Source: Eledone cirrhosa (lineage: Eukaryota). Taken from it: a stretch of 64,000 nucleotides of DNA. Position numbers and translations under genes: made by a program. Every line of letters starts with the position of its first letter. The stretch's first letter is position 1. The stretch covers positions 48,980,001-49,044,000 of the forward strand of contig OZ024744.1 in NCBI GenBank assembly GCA_964016885.1. Reading direction: 5' to 3'. Shown here piece after piece: positions 1 to 12,885 of the stretch. The notes under the pieces are model-generated. The model was not told where the DNA came from. It did not search any database and saw nothing but the letters and a program-made list of their open reading frames with translations.

Positions 1-825
1 AAACGGTCCGCCAAGTGGCGGTATAAGGACCCGTAAAGGGAACGCAGGCGGGCGAAGGAGTGGCGGATACGGAAAGAACCGTTAGCGCCTGAGAGTGGTG
101 TGGTTAGAAATGAAGGGACTGGTGTTAAGCGGGGGCGAGAACAGGAACAAGAACCAGGTGGAGTCCTGAGAGAGGAAGGGAAGAAACTATGTACCAGGAG
201 GTCTCGGGGATTACGAACGCGCTTAAAAGTGGTGATGGGTGGGTTTGGAAGGAAGCGAGAAATGATGGGATCAGAAAAGAGGGTGTGAAAACAAAGGAGG
301 ATATGTCGCTGGAGAGAGAGGTAGGGTAACGGGGTGGTAGGTGAGAAGGAAAGTAAGGCAGGTGTTGGGAGGGTGGTTGTGGGATGAATATTAGTCGGTT
401 TCTCAGGAATAAGTGAGGGCAGTGTGGATCAAGGTGGGTGGTAACCCCGCTGGATGAAGCGGGAAGCTGTGTATTTGGATTGGCTCCGAGTGAGGTGGAA
501 CTCATCAGATCGGACCAAAAAACAATATTTCCATGAGTCTTCCCAATTGCTAGTACTAACTGAGTTCCACCTCACTTGGTAATCGAATGAGGTCTGGGAT
601 CCTGTCCATTCAATACATGTGAGTATATAAAATGGAAATGGAAAATACAAAGCAAACACATTACAATGGAGAAATATATTAGTTTAATGCTCGATATAGT
701 AGGAATGGAGTCTTTAAGTTTGGAACACCAGTCTTTCAGTAGAAGAGATAGAATAAAATATGAAATAGAAAGGGTCTTCACCCAGGAACTGGATTCTACC
801 TAAGTTTCTTGAATTCTTTCGTATA

Positions 826-1166
826 TCTATATATCTAAAACAGAGAATGTCTGTCTGTCTGACTCCCTAAAACTCGAGAACCACCTAACCGATTGTTTTC
901 AAACTTTACACATGTAATACTTATGGTCCTGTGAGTGTTTTGAGAAAAGATATTCAAATTTTTGAATGCCCTATGGACCGCATTAGACGATTTAGCGATC
1001 TATCTCTATAATTCTTAGTCTTTCTTTTTAGATAGATACATAGATATAACGTTGCGCCCTTATAATATCTGTCTGTATGTCTGACACTATGACGTAGCTG
1101 TGTGTGTATATATGTATATATAGTGTGTGTATATATATAATGTGCAACGCCGGGCCATTCTGCTAG
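826..1166 (+). mobile_element. Non-autonomous Helitron-type element
   Basis: Starts A|TCTATATATCT with a short (TCTG)n run near the 5' end. Ends with a GC-rich subterminal motif (GCAACGCCGGGCC) and CTAG|T, i.e. inserted between A and T with no TSD. Confidence 0.75.
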
Positions 1167-1172
1167 TATATT

Positions 1173-1344
<172 letters not shown>

Positions 1345-1356
1345 CATATATATATT

Positions 1357-2100
1357 GTCCTACTTTGGGAGAATCATGCTGCCACTAAAAACATACAGAA
1401 CTGTTGGGTTTCATTTCAATATGTTATTATAATTTCCCAGGCGGTTAGTTTAATAACCATATAGTTGTTCAGTTATTGATTGTCATCAGAGCTCTTTCGT
1501 CACACATTCTGTGACCTGCTCAGTGACTGTTTTTGTTGTTATTTTGTGTCTCTTTTTTGTTCTGTCTTACACCATCTTGTTTTTATGAACTGTTTACTTG
1601 GGCATCAAATGCGTTATATCAGTTTTGTGTGTATTTGTGTGTGTACGTATGTTTGTGTGTGTGTGTACTTTTTATATATTTATTTCCTTAATTATTTATA
1701 CTTTTATTTATTGTCTTTCTTTCCTACTTGTCATTACTTTGGTTACTTGTTCTATCTGTGTATCTAGTTTATCTTAGTTTAGTTCTTGTGTGTCTCTGTA
1801 TTTCTTTATATTGTCCTTAGTTAATACATTGTGAGGTTGTTGCTATTCCACTCTTGCTTTCTATTTAGTTTTGCTTGGAGTTCATTTAGGTTTGTTGCTT
1901 CAGTAATCTATTGGATATTGTGTTTGTTCTGTGTATGGATATAATTTTTATCTCGTTGATCTCTAGTGATCCTCCATGTTCCATTCTGGCGTGTTGGTGG
2001 AGTACTGATGAGTTTTTCTCTTCTTGGAATTCTTGTCAGTGTTCTTTTAGTCTTCTTCCTATGCTACGGTCTGTCTCACCTATGTGGTGTCCCTATACTC
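1357..2100 (-). mobile_element. Decayed Penelope-like element 3' part (GIY-YIG remnant plus pLTR)
   Basis: The minus strand near 2040-2090 translates HIGETDRSIGRRLKEH*, matching the GIY-YIG YIGETxRxLxxRxxEH motif. A degenerate hammerhead lies downstream at 1481-1530. Confidence 0.7.
1481..1530 (-). ncRNA. Degenerate type I hammerhead ribozyme (Penelope pLTR)
   Basis: Minus strand reads GTCA-CTGAGCA-G-GTCAC(AGAATGT)GTGAC-GAAA-GAG-CTC-TGATGAC. Stem II hairpin is present; core G8 is mutated. Confidence 0.55.
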
Positions 2101-2899
2101 ATCCATTGACGTCGATTTTGCTGTAGAAAATGCGTAAAGATGATCAACGAAAGCATGGTAGAATTCCATGGGATGGACACCAATGAGCTGGGATACCTAC
2201 TTTGACTCACGCGGAATAAAGAATATTTAGATACACACGACCTTAGCCGCCTCTGTCCCACAAATCCAGGGAAAGGCCGACTATCTACTCTTACCTCAAT
2301 GGCCAGAAAGATGGAGCAGGTGAACCAGAGTCATACGGATCCCCAAAAGCCCTGACCAAGTAAGGAAAATGATCGCACATACCGTGGGGCTTGTATAAGA
2401 TTAACCCTTAAGGAACATATACGGAATGAGATTTCCTGGATATGCAACAGATGGAGGGGAGATAGCGACAGACATACCAGCATTATGGAATTCTTGAGAT
2501 TTTAACTGAAAACGACTACTTTCAAATCCTAAAAAATGGGCGGGGCGGATAAGCGTGTGTGTGTGTGTGTGTGTATGGGGGGGGGGCACACTTGCTTAAA
2601 TTCTTATGAACGGGGGTGGGGTGGAATAAACGGGGGGGGGGGGGGGGGAGTTGAAAATTCGCTAATTGTATAGTGTACGTTCGTAAATATGGGATTTTTT
2701 GTAATATTCTTTTTTTTACCATATATAATGTTTTTTAATGTAAAATAAAATAATTATTAATTCTCCAGCTGCTGTATCAATATAAATCACTTTCAGTAAA
2801 ATTTCACCGGAGATAGATTAGCAAAATTTAATAAGTGGTAGGGCGAGGTAGAATAAAAGCGGAAGGTTGGAAAAAATCTGAAAAATTAATAAGTGGAGC

Positions 2900-3720
2900 A
2901 GATGGTTATTCAAGACCTGAGAGTACCCTACTTCTCTCAGCAAACAGAAATTCCAAGGCAGCAACATGTAAAAAAACAAAGAAGACACGTGCCTCTAAAA
3001 ATAACATTTGCTACCTAAAGCTGCCACATTTCAATAAGAAGACTACAGTAGCCATCAAACAAATCATCCATAGGGAGGGCCCGAATATATGGCTGGCACA
3101 CTCGGGAATGTCATTGAGGAGACTGTTCCACAGACACCAACCCACATGTAGCAATATATGTACTTTCTAATTGTCCCATCAACAACACAGAAGTGTACAT
3201 GAGAGCATATGATGTCGATAAGATCAAGTGCAAAAAATGTTGTTCTTCATACATTGGAAGTACCATAAGGAGACTAGACATACAGATCAAAGAAAACAGT
3301 ACAATTAGAGCCTCTTCTGTTAATAAACATCTTGATAGATGCCACAGCCAAAACATTGAGGTCCCCAGAGAGCTGACTGAATGGAATATAGGAAATTTAA
3401 GGATTAAAGAAGCTATTTTAATCAGCCGAATAAAGCCTGAGATAAATAATAGGTCAGAAATGCACGAGGCAAAATGGTTACTGTTGTGACCCTGCACATA
3501 CATGCGTTTTGTAAACAGTTAGGGAAGAAAACTTTGAACACTCATTTTGTTTTATCTTGAACTGTTTGAGCATCACATCTGAAAAGAGTGTAATAGCCCT
3601 TAAATATCATGGTAAATACTTTGAGTAAAACATTACATTGTTTTATTTCACTTGTCATCATTTCCTCTTTGTATTTTTCTACCGCGTTAAACTTACTTTA
3701 AAAAAAAAATTATTTGTCTT
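2900..3720 (+). mobile_element. Decayed Penelope-like element 3' part: Cys-rich linker, GIY-YIG endonuclease and pLTR
   Basis: ORFs 2835-3170 and 3193-3489 give YLKLPH...CSNICTF/..KIKCKKCCSSYIGSTIRRLDIQIKE...LRIKEAILI...KPEINNR. A hammerhead relic CTGAAAA..TAAATATC lies at ~3575-3613. Confidence 0.8.
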
Positions 3721-3734
3721 TTATTACATCCTCA

Positions 3735-4137
<403 letters not shown>

Positions 4138-4842
4138 CTGACAGATCTCTGTTTGTTTGTTGAAAAAAGTAATAAGTGACATAGTCACTACTTTAAAACA
4201 ATACCATAAGGTCTTCAAAATGCTTTTAATTAAGCATACAGTGTATTGCAAAATACACTGTATATACATTCATATATATATATGTATATATATATATGCA
4301 AATATATGAAAATATACACAGGAATCACTTGTAATAGACACATACACACGCATACATATGCAATTAAAGCTTGTACAGACAGCTGATAACCTAACCATGT
4401 CTTCAGGGAACTCTTGAAAAATTCTCTGCCATGCCACAGGGCTATATTTAACTGGAGGTCAGCCCCAATACACCAGCATACAGACATTTGATCAAAAATG
4501 TTCCAGCTGTGACCACCCTGTCTTTTATTTATACATAATGTATCTAGGACTACATTTTCTATTGTGTAGTATAGTAGCTAGTGTACCTACACATACATAC
4601 ATGTAATAAATAAATACATTCATACATATAGATATGAATATATACATATATATATTTGTGTGTGTGTGTGGATATATATATATAACAAAGAAAGTGTGGT
4701 AAGGAGCCAGGTGAACCATAACGCACCAGAGTACTCGATACTTAGGGTAGTAGAGTGGGTAATAAAATCCGAGTTCGGATCTAGCTGTTGGAATGGTTGG
4801 TGTTCAGCCGTCGAGATGCTGACTCTTTTCCTATATATATAT

Positions 4843-5325
<483 letters not shown>

Positions 5326-5389
5326 TTTACGTCCGCTTTTCCCTGCTTGCAAGGTATATATGTATGTATATATATATATAGAGAGATAG

Positions 5390-5757
5390 TACAACCCATG
5401 TGTCTAACACACGTGGACATGCCTACAAAATCAGAAAACAGCACAGCTCCCATGACTTTCGTAGACATTTTTTCACGCTCAGAGTTGCTGAAGCATGGAA
5501 CAAACTGCCTGCGTCAGTTGTTAGCTGCCGAGACACTGCATCCTTTAAGACACTCATGCTTCCCGAAATACGCCAAAACTACACCTGATGTACCCCTTCC
5601 ATACACATGCACACGTGTGTATCATGACTCATGCACTGTTCATTTTCCTGATGTTTGTACATTACCCTATGTACTATACATACACTTTTTGATGAGTTGT
5701 AGTGCACCTGAGCACTGTACACAATATTCCATTATTATTATTATTATTATTATTATT
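5390..5757 (+). mobile_element. 5'-truncated CR1-clade LINE 3' end with (ATT)n tail
   Basis: ORF 5400-5588 NTRGHAYKI...RRHFFTLRVAEAWNKLP...SFK is the typical CR1 ORF2 C-terminus. A 3' UTR and (ATT)9 follow. Confidence 0.85.
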
Positions 5758-5965
5758 GGCGACCTACGTAGTAAATCGTATCATCGTGAGCTCCGCAAAG
5801 GTTTGTTATTTCCGTTTGTTAAAAATTGCCATTTATGGAAAATTTTATTGTTAACTGTTTATAAGCACACATACATTGTTTTCCGAAAAGGACACCCAAA
5901 AAGATTGGGGCCTTGTGCCCAAAATTTTAACTTTTATTATTATCCAAAAATTTCTTTGAAAAAAA

Positions 5966-7926
5966 ATGGCTAATTCCCCTCTGCACGAAGCAGCTGAAAG
6001 CCTCCCTCACAAAATAACACCTCACACCGACACCACCATTGTAAATGTTACTACGTTAGCCAACACAAAAAAATATATAAGCAGTAGCAATATTTTAAAT
6101 TTGTCTCAGGCAGACATTCATTTCCCGCCATTACCAATGACTGCAGGTGTTAAAGCCTCCACCACCACCGCGACAACAGAAACAAAAGAAGAAAAAAATA
6201 AATTAACTCGTGATGTCGAAATGAAATCAAGCAAAATGGACTCTTCCGCACCAAAGACGAATGACGTCACCACCACCACAACTGAAACAAAAATTAAGAT
6301 TAACACAAATAACGATAGCAACAACAACAACAATGACATTATAAAACCGACCCTCAGTTTCGCCATCGTAGCAAAATAATTCGAAGCGTTCACGGTAACT
6401 CAAGAGGATTTAGAAAATGCCAAACAAATGGTAAAGAAAGATGGGTACAGGGTCAGCCTCAACCCCCACCTAATAAAATGGAGCATCGGCGCCTATGCAC
6501 CGTGTCGTATAGAACAATAAATGTAAAATCGCGCCAAGTGGAACGGGCATCCGAGTCCCAAATCCAAAAAGCTTTGGGACATGTGTGGGCAAGAAAAACC
6601 CACATCAGACGTGAGCAAAAGTATGGAACCGTGGATGTGTTCTTTGAAACACCAGAGGAGGCTAGAGAACACTCCATGGCCCCATTAAAAAGTGACGACT
6701 TCACACTCGTCCCAAGCTATTGTGGCCAGAGACTCGTAAAGATCAGGGTGACCCACGTTCCACCGGCCATCGAAATTCCCTGGCTAATAGCGGCTGTCCT
6801 CGCCGGCATCGAAGCCAACACGAAAATAATAGCAATAGCAAAGGAAAAGCAAGAAAACTGGTCCGGATCTGGGATGGAGCTCCTAATCCAAGCGGACCAA
6901 AAAAGCATTGAGGAGATCCCAGAGGTAATAGACCTCACTGACGGCAGCCACCTTACGGTAATTGTCGAGGGCAGAAGACCTAGGTGTGCCGTTTGTGGTG
7001 AAGGAACCCACCTAAGGGCTTTCTGCCCTCAGGCTAAAAGGTTGAGGCCACCTCTCCTACCCACCCCAGTGACACAACCATCAACACCACCAGTAGCAGA
7101 GATGGCAGCAACAACTGTAGCAGCAACAACAGAAGCAACTATAACAGCAACAACCCCAGCAACAGTAGCAAAACCAACACCACTACCACCACCAGCAAAA
7201 CCAACACCACCACCACCCAACGCTTCAGAACTCGCACCAGCGCCTACACCATCCACCACACCACAACCAAAACTAACGGCTGTGGAGGATTTTCCACTCC
7301 CCGGCCTATCACAATTGGAGACATATTGTGACGACGAGGAGTGGGAAACGATATCCGGAAAAAAAAAAAGAAACCAAAAAAGAAAAAATTCTCTTCCTTC
7401 CCCCTCCAAAAACAAAATACAGAGGGAAACAAATAAACTAAGAAACAAAAAAGTTAGGACAGATATGCCACCATCCACACCAGCATCACCAACCCCATCA
7501 ACCCAAACACCAACACCATCACCATCATTAACTCCAACACCACCATCACCTACACCACAAAAGTCACCAAAATGCGAAACAGAAACAAACCCACAACAAA
7601 CGCAAACACAACAAAACAACCAAAACGATACACACTACACAGCATTAAATTTGAACAACAAGCAATTATTACACTACATCCAACACAACACCAGCATCAC
7701 AGAAAAAGACTACACAACAACCCCAAAATTCACACCACCTCCACACATACAAATCACTCGCATCACACAGAAAACGTACATGACACTAAAACAAAAATTC
7801 CCCAAAGACATCGGAGACTTCCGACAAGCACTCTCCAGGAGGATTTATAAGGACATCCTTCCTGAGGAGGCCACAAGCAGTGAAAAGGATGGAAAAACCG
7901 TCCTTCCCCTACGAGAAGTAAGGTAA
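5966..7926 (+). pseudogene. Tx1 ORF1 (gag-like, CCHC zinc knuckle, Pro/Thr-rich C-terminus), interrupted near 6377-6440
   Basis: ORF 5966-6379 and ORF 6478-7926 (its frame is open from 6337) are in different frames. Contains the knuckle CAVCGEGTHLRAFC and a basic patch WETISGKKKRNQKRK. Confidence 0.75.
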
Positions 7927-7960
7927 GTGGTCTTTCCCATCTTTTCCACTCCTTTTCAAC

Positions 7961-10900
7961 ATGACCTCACTCAGAATAGGCAGCATAAATGCGCGTGGCT
8001 TGGGGTCGTCGTGGAAGCAGGGCCACCTGCTCAACGACCTCAGGTCACTAAACATAGATGTAGTGGCCATCAGCGAGACCAGAATCTCCGAAGCACAGGC
8101 TTTCGCACCGATCTTCGGCGGCTACGATGTGTACGCATCTCCCAGCCGTCCGGGATCGGGGGGAGGAGTTGCTGTGCTTTTTCGGAGAGGTTTGGATCTT
8201 GCCATACGGGCCATCTTCCTGGACCTAGAAGGTAAGTTGGTGGTGCTGGACGTGACCAGCGGAGACGGCCAAGCTTTCAGGTTAGTGGCCGTCTATGCCC
8301 CGACAGGAGCAGGGCGGCCTGATTTCTTCCGGCGTCTGGAGACCTTTCTTGGAACGTCCCGCTCTTTAGTGTTAGTGGGCGACTGGAACGGGATCTTAGA
8401 TGCACGCTGGGATTGTGTGGGATTAGTGGATAGGGAAGGAGGGTGCAAGAGTCTCACCAACCTGCTCAGACGTTTTGAACTGTCTGACAGGTACCGATTG
8501 GATTTCCCGAATGTACCAATGTGGACTTGGACAAATCGCATAGGGTCATCCAGATCATATCTAGATAGAGTATTTTGTAGGGAAATAGATAGGTCTAGCA
8601 TAGGCTGTCCACAATTCAAGATAGTCAGCTACACGGACCACAAATTCGTGATCTGTGTGCTTGACTTAGATAGGCTTCATAGGCGAGGACCCGGCTACTG
8701 GAAGCTAAACGCGTCCTTACCAGCGCGCAAGGCCTACAGAGACCGGATTAGCGAACTAGTTAAGCGGGCGTTGACGGGGGCCATCGTCAACAACAAGTGG
8801 TGGTTTGCTCTGAAAAGAGCAATTAGAATAGAGTCCATTAGGTTTAGTAAGACTTTAGCAATAGAGAAAAATAGAGCAGAGGGAGAACTAGTTAGAAAAT
8901 TAGATGAGGCGCTTAGCAAAGGCATCGCGACCGACGTACTTGCGGCGAAATTGGCCCTTGGCCAATTCTTCAATGCAAAGCACGAAGGCTGCGTTGTCAG
9001 AGCTAGGGTGCGTGCTCTCAGACACGAGGGGACGAAAGCCGTTCAATGGGCCCGAGTGGCGGAGGCGCGTCGTGGCAACAAAGCCACGATCCGGTCTTTG
9101 GTGGACCACGACGGGCGCATGCTACTCGATCCCGGGCAAATGTGTGAAGCTTTTCAGCGACACTTCGCTCAACTGTTCGGGGGCAGTGGCGGGCCGGATC
9201 GAGGGATGGACTTTAGTGTCTACCTCGACGGACTGCCGCGGCTTTCGGCCACTGAGGCGGAGTGTTGCGAAAAGCCGATAACAACCGCTGAAGTACGGGA
9301 TGTAATGACTAGTTGTACAAGGGGTAAATCGCCTGGTTTGGATGGTCTGCCCTATGAACTTGATGTACAAATGCCAAACTTGTTCGGAGGCCTCTTGGCG
9401 GACGTCTACTGTAACTGGCAACAGAACGGGAGAATTCCCAGCTCTGTGAGCCGAGGAGCGGTGGCGCTGCTGAGAAAGGATCCGAACAAGGGGGATAACA
9501 TAGATAATTTCCGGCCCATAACCCTGCTAAACACAGAGTTTAAGATTTTGGCCAAGGTGCTAGCAAAGAGGTTGGCGCTTGTCGTTGGTGGTCTGGTGGG
9601 AGAGGCTCAGACATGCGCCATTCCCGACAGATCCATCCACGACAACCTCCACCTCATGCGATACATCGTTGAGAGGGTAGCTAGGGAACCTGGCAAGGGT
9701 GGGTCTTTGATCAATTTAGATCAATCGAAAGCCTTCGATAGGGTCGACCATCGTTACCTAACGGCAGTCCTGAGGGCGGCTGGCTTTGGGCCCGTCTTCA
9801 GAGGCTGGATCGCTGCCATGCACAGCGACATCTGCTCTGTAGTGAGAGTGAACGGTCACCTTTCGGAACCGTTCAACATCATGCGCTCGGTCCGCCAAGG
9901 ATGTCCCCTCTCGTCCCTATTGTACGTATTGACTCTCGAGCCATTACTGCACAAACTGGAGACGTTGAGGGGGGTCCCGCGCGAACTAGGATGGGGAAGA
10001 TCCGTGTTAGCATATGCCGACGATGTCACCGTAGTGGTGTCGAACGCCAAACACATCGAGGCGATCGGCACTACACTAAGAGAATACGAAGCGGTGACAG
10101 GAGCAATGATCAACCAGGAAAAGTCAGTGGGCCTGCAGCTCGGCACCTGGAGAGGCAGGTCCATGCCGTCCAACAGCGTCGTCGGGCGCTGGACGGACGG
10201 ACCGGTTAAATTGCTAGGGGTCTGGTTCGGTCCAGACCTCCAGACGGACAAAAACTGGGACGAGGTGACGAGCAGGGTGGCTTCTCTCACCCAGAAATGG
10301 GCCGAGAGGAAGCTATCCCTGAAAGGTCGAGCGGAGGTGGCGAATGCGTACATCGCATCCGTCATCTACTACCGCCTGACCGTCGTACCTTGTCCTAAGC
10401 CCCGCCTGACTGCGCTGGAGCGTTTGCTCTTTCGCTTCTTGTGGAAGGGACGCGCTCCGATGGTCAGGCGGTCCATCTGCTGTCAACACCCGCTACGTGG
10501 AGGGCTGGGCATGCCGTGGCTGATGATGCGCAGACACGCGCTCAGGCTACGACATCTCCACCTCTTCCTCGACGGTGATCAGGTGTGGTCGCCGTTTGCA
10601 AGACACGTTTTTCCCCAGCTCGTCTCCTTGACGGAGCTGCAGTCCTGGGTCAAGCGAAGACCGAGAGGGAGCGCTTGGAGACTGGAATGTCTTCAGGCGC
10701 TCACAGCCCTCGACCAATCGGGCAATGTGATCGGTGGAAACTCCACCTTGGCGTTCTATAGGGGATTAGTGGAGGGGAAGAGCGACGACGTACTTAGAGA
10801 AACTCTAGGCGTCGACGAAAATCAACTAGCCAATCTCTTCGGAAGGACTTTCGGGCCGGGGCCTATGGACAACTTCCAGAAATCCCTGGCCTGGCAGTGC

Positions 10901-11380
10901 TACCGAGGAGCTTTGCCAGTTCGGGATAAACTCTACAGGCATGGAGGTGCCGTCAGCCGGGCATGTCCGAGATGCGCGCAGGGCGACGAAACCGTCCTGC
11001 ACGCACTCGTCCAGTGTCCGAGCATCGCTGACTTGTGGGTTTATGTCGAACACCTGCTGTCACGTGTAGAACGAATCCAGCTATCAGCTGAGTCCATCGT
11101 GAGGATTGCCCCGCCCCCTTCCTTTAGCCTGGAAGGGCAGGCAGTTTTTATCTGTCTGGTGGCCATGGCGAAAGAGATAGTATGGTGGACACGTTTGAAA
11201 GGGCTGAAGACGAGCACTTACCTCTTCGGTGATGCCCTGATTAACTTTTTCAAATTTCATTTGAAAAGGAAAATCAGGGTAGAGAGGGAAGTGCTCTCTT
11301 CCCAGCATTTTGTTGAAAGATGGGTGAGAGAAGCAAGAATGGCCCGAATGAATGGGCCTTCTCTGAGTATGTGTCTGTAA
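7961..11380 (+). CDS. Tx1/L1 ORF2: APE endonuclease, reverse transcriptase and C-terminal zinc-binding domain (1139 aa)
   Basis: Endonuclease motifs SINARGL, ISETR, VYAP, GDWN, YLDRV, YTDH. RT motifs KSPGLDGL, FRPITLLN, KAFDRV, VRQGCPLS, YADD. C-terminal CPRC..ETVLHALVQC. Confidence 0.95.
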   Translation: MTSLRIGSINARGLGSSWKQGHLLNDLRSLNIDVVAISETRISEAQAFAPIFGGYDVYASPSRPGSGGGVAVLFRRGLDLAIRAIFLDLEGKLVVLDVTSGDGQAFRLVAVYAPTGAGRPDFFRRLETFLGTSRSLVLVGDWNGILDARWDCVGLVDREGGCKSLTNLLRRFELSDRYRLDFPNVPMWTWTNRIGSSRSYLDRVFCREIDRSSIGCPQFKIVSYTDHKFVICVLDLDRLHRRGPGYWKLNASLPARKAYRDRISELVKRALTGAIVNNKWWFALKRAIRIESIRFSKTLAIEKNRAEGELVRKLDEALSKGIATDVLAAKLALGQFFNAKHEGCVVRARVRALRHEGTKAVQWARVAEARRGNKATIRSLVDHDGRMLLDPGQMCEAFQRHFAQLFGGSGGPDRGMDFSVYLDGLPRLSATEAECCEKPITTAEVRDVMTSCTRGKSPGLDGLPYELDVQMPNLFGGLLADVYCNWQQNGRIPSSVSRGAVALLRKDPNKGDNIDNFRPITLLNTEFKILAKVLAKRLALVVGGLVGEAQTCAIPDRSIHDNLHLMRYIVERVAREPGKGGSLINLDQSKAFDRVDHRYLTAVLRAAGFGPVFRGWIAAMHSDICSVVRVNGHLSEPFNIMRSVRQGCPLSSLLYVLTLEPLLHKLETLRGVPRELGWGRSVLAYADDVTVVVSNAKHIEAIGTTLREYEAVTGAMINQEKSVGLQLGTWRGRSMPSNSVVGRWTDGPVKLLGVWFGPDLQTDKNWDEVTSRVASLTQKWAERKLSLKGRAEVANAYIASVIYYRLTVVPCPKPRLTALERLLFRFLWKGRAPMVRRSICCQHPLRGGLGMPWLMMRRHALRLRHLHLFLDGDQVWSPFARHVFPQLVSLTELQSWVKRRPRGSAWRLECLQALTALDQSGNVIGGNSTLAFYRGLVEGKSDDVLRETLGVDENQLANLFGRTFGPGPMDNFQKSLAWQCYRGALPVRDKLYRHGGAVSRACPRCAQGDETVLHALVQCPSIADLWVYVEHLLSRVERIQLSAESIVRIAPPPSFSLEGQAVFICLVAMAKEIVWWTRLKGLKTSTYLFGDALINFFKFHLKRKIRVEREVLSSQHFVERWVREARMARMNGPSLSMCL

Positions 11381-11622
11381 ATTAAAGGTGGAAAACTGGG
11401 AGAGGGCACTTGCCCTGGTGGTCAGGGCCACTGTGGTCTTTTAATGGGCTTTCTCCACAAATGTCCCTTGGAAGTCTCCCCCCTATTGGGGAATTTTTCT
11501 TTGTTATTTTATTTCAACCTCTGTTTTTTTACACGCAGAAATGCCCATTTGTACCGTCCTGTATTGTCCTGTACTGTCCTTAATGTCTACTTTATGTGAA
11601 CCCTTGTGGTTAATAAAGAAAA

Positions 11623-11751
<129 letters not shown>

Positions 11752-11769
11752 GACACACACAAAAAATAT

Positions 11770-12300
11770 GCAATGTATCTAGGACTACATCTTCTAATAT
11801 ACTGTATAATAGTTAGTATTAGTATTAGTGTCTATCATACATTATCAAATTTACTGTATAATAATTAGTATTAGTGACTATCCGACATAATATATCTAGG
11901 ACTACATTATACAATGTAATGAACAGTAGTTAATATTAATGACTATCAGACATTATGTATCTAAGCCTGTATTATCTAATGTACTGTTAGTATATGTGAC
12001 TATCAGACATAGTGTATCTAGGACTACTTTATCAAATGCGCAATAAAGTAGTTAGTATTAGTGTCTATCAGATACTGTGTATCTAGGACTAGATTATCAA
12101 ATGTGCAATGAAGTAGTTAGTATTAGTTGCTGTCAGACATATTATCAAATGTACAGTGAAGGACTTAGTATTAATGGCTGTCACACAGTGTATCTAAGTC
12201 TGCATTATTGAATGTAGTTATTAAATAGTTATGAAAGAAAGAATAGAAAATAAAGAAAGAATTATTAATGGCTGTCAGACATAGTGTATCTATGTACCGT
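11770..12300. repeat. Diverged ~60-bp tandem minisatellite (GTATCTAGGACTACATTATCAAATG...AGTTAGTATTAGTGACTATCAGACAT)
   Basis: Roughly 8-9 full or partial units. Single related units occur at ~4535-4585 and ~12420-12450. Confidence 0.7.
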
Positions 12301-12456
12301 GTGGTAGTTATTGTTAGTGAGGAAAGCTGTTGTTTAGACCCAAGTTAGTCAAAATACATCAGCAGATAGACCTATGTTCAAAGATTTTCAAACTGAGACC
12401 ATCCTGTCTTTTATTCATACATATTATATCTAAGATTACATTTTCTAATGTCTCTA

Positions 12457-12488
<32 letters not shown>

Positions 12489-12807
12489 TTCATTTCATTT
12501 TTTACGTCCACTTTTCCCTGGGATGGGAACTGATTCTGGCTTTATTTCTACAGCTGGATGCCCTTCCTAACACCAACCTCATTTACAGTGAGTGCTGGGT
12601 GCTTTTTTGCCGTGGCACCTCCACGACCACTTTGCAGTGGAATGATAGGGACCCCAGGCCTATCATTTCATTTCTACAGCTGAGTAAACTGGAGCAATGT
12701 GAAATAAAGTGTCTTACTCAAGGAAACAACACATCACCCGGTCTGAGAATTGAACTCACAACCTTTCGATTGCAAGGCCAATGCTCCAACCACTAAGCCA
12801 TGTGCCT

Positions 12808-12809
<2 letters not shown>
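12489..12809 (-). mobile_element. tRNA-derived SINE, same family as 4843-5188
   Basis: The reverse complement is nearly identical to 4843-5188; compare ORFs 4856-5053 and 12599-12796. Confidence 0.85.

Positions 12810-12882
<73 letters not shown>

Positions 12883-12885
<3 letters not shown>

Noticed and set aside
2105-2900. Possible Penelope RT fragment followed by a TTAACCC-starting DNA transposon
   Set aside because: No diagnostic protein motif and no matching right-hand TIR were found by eye.
8293-11431. Antisense and alternate-frame ORFs over Tx1 ORF2 (and similarly over the RTE ORFs)
   Set aside because: They are shadow ORFs of real coding sequence with no independent motifs.
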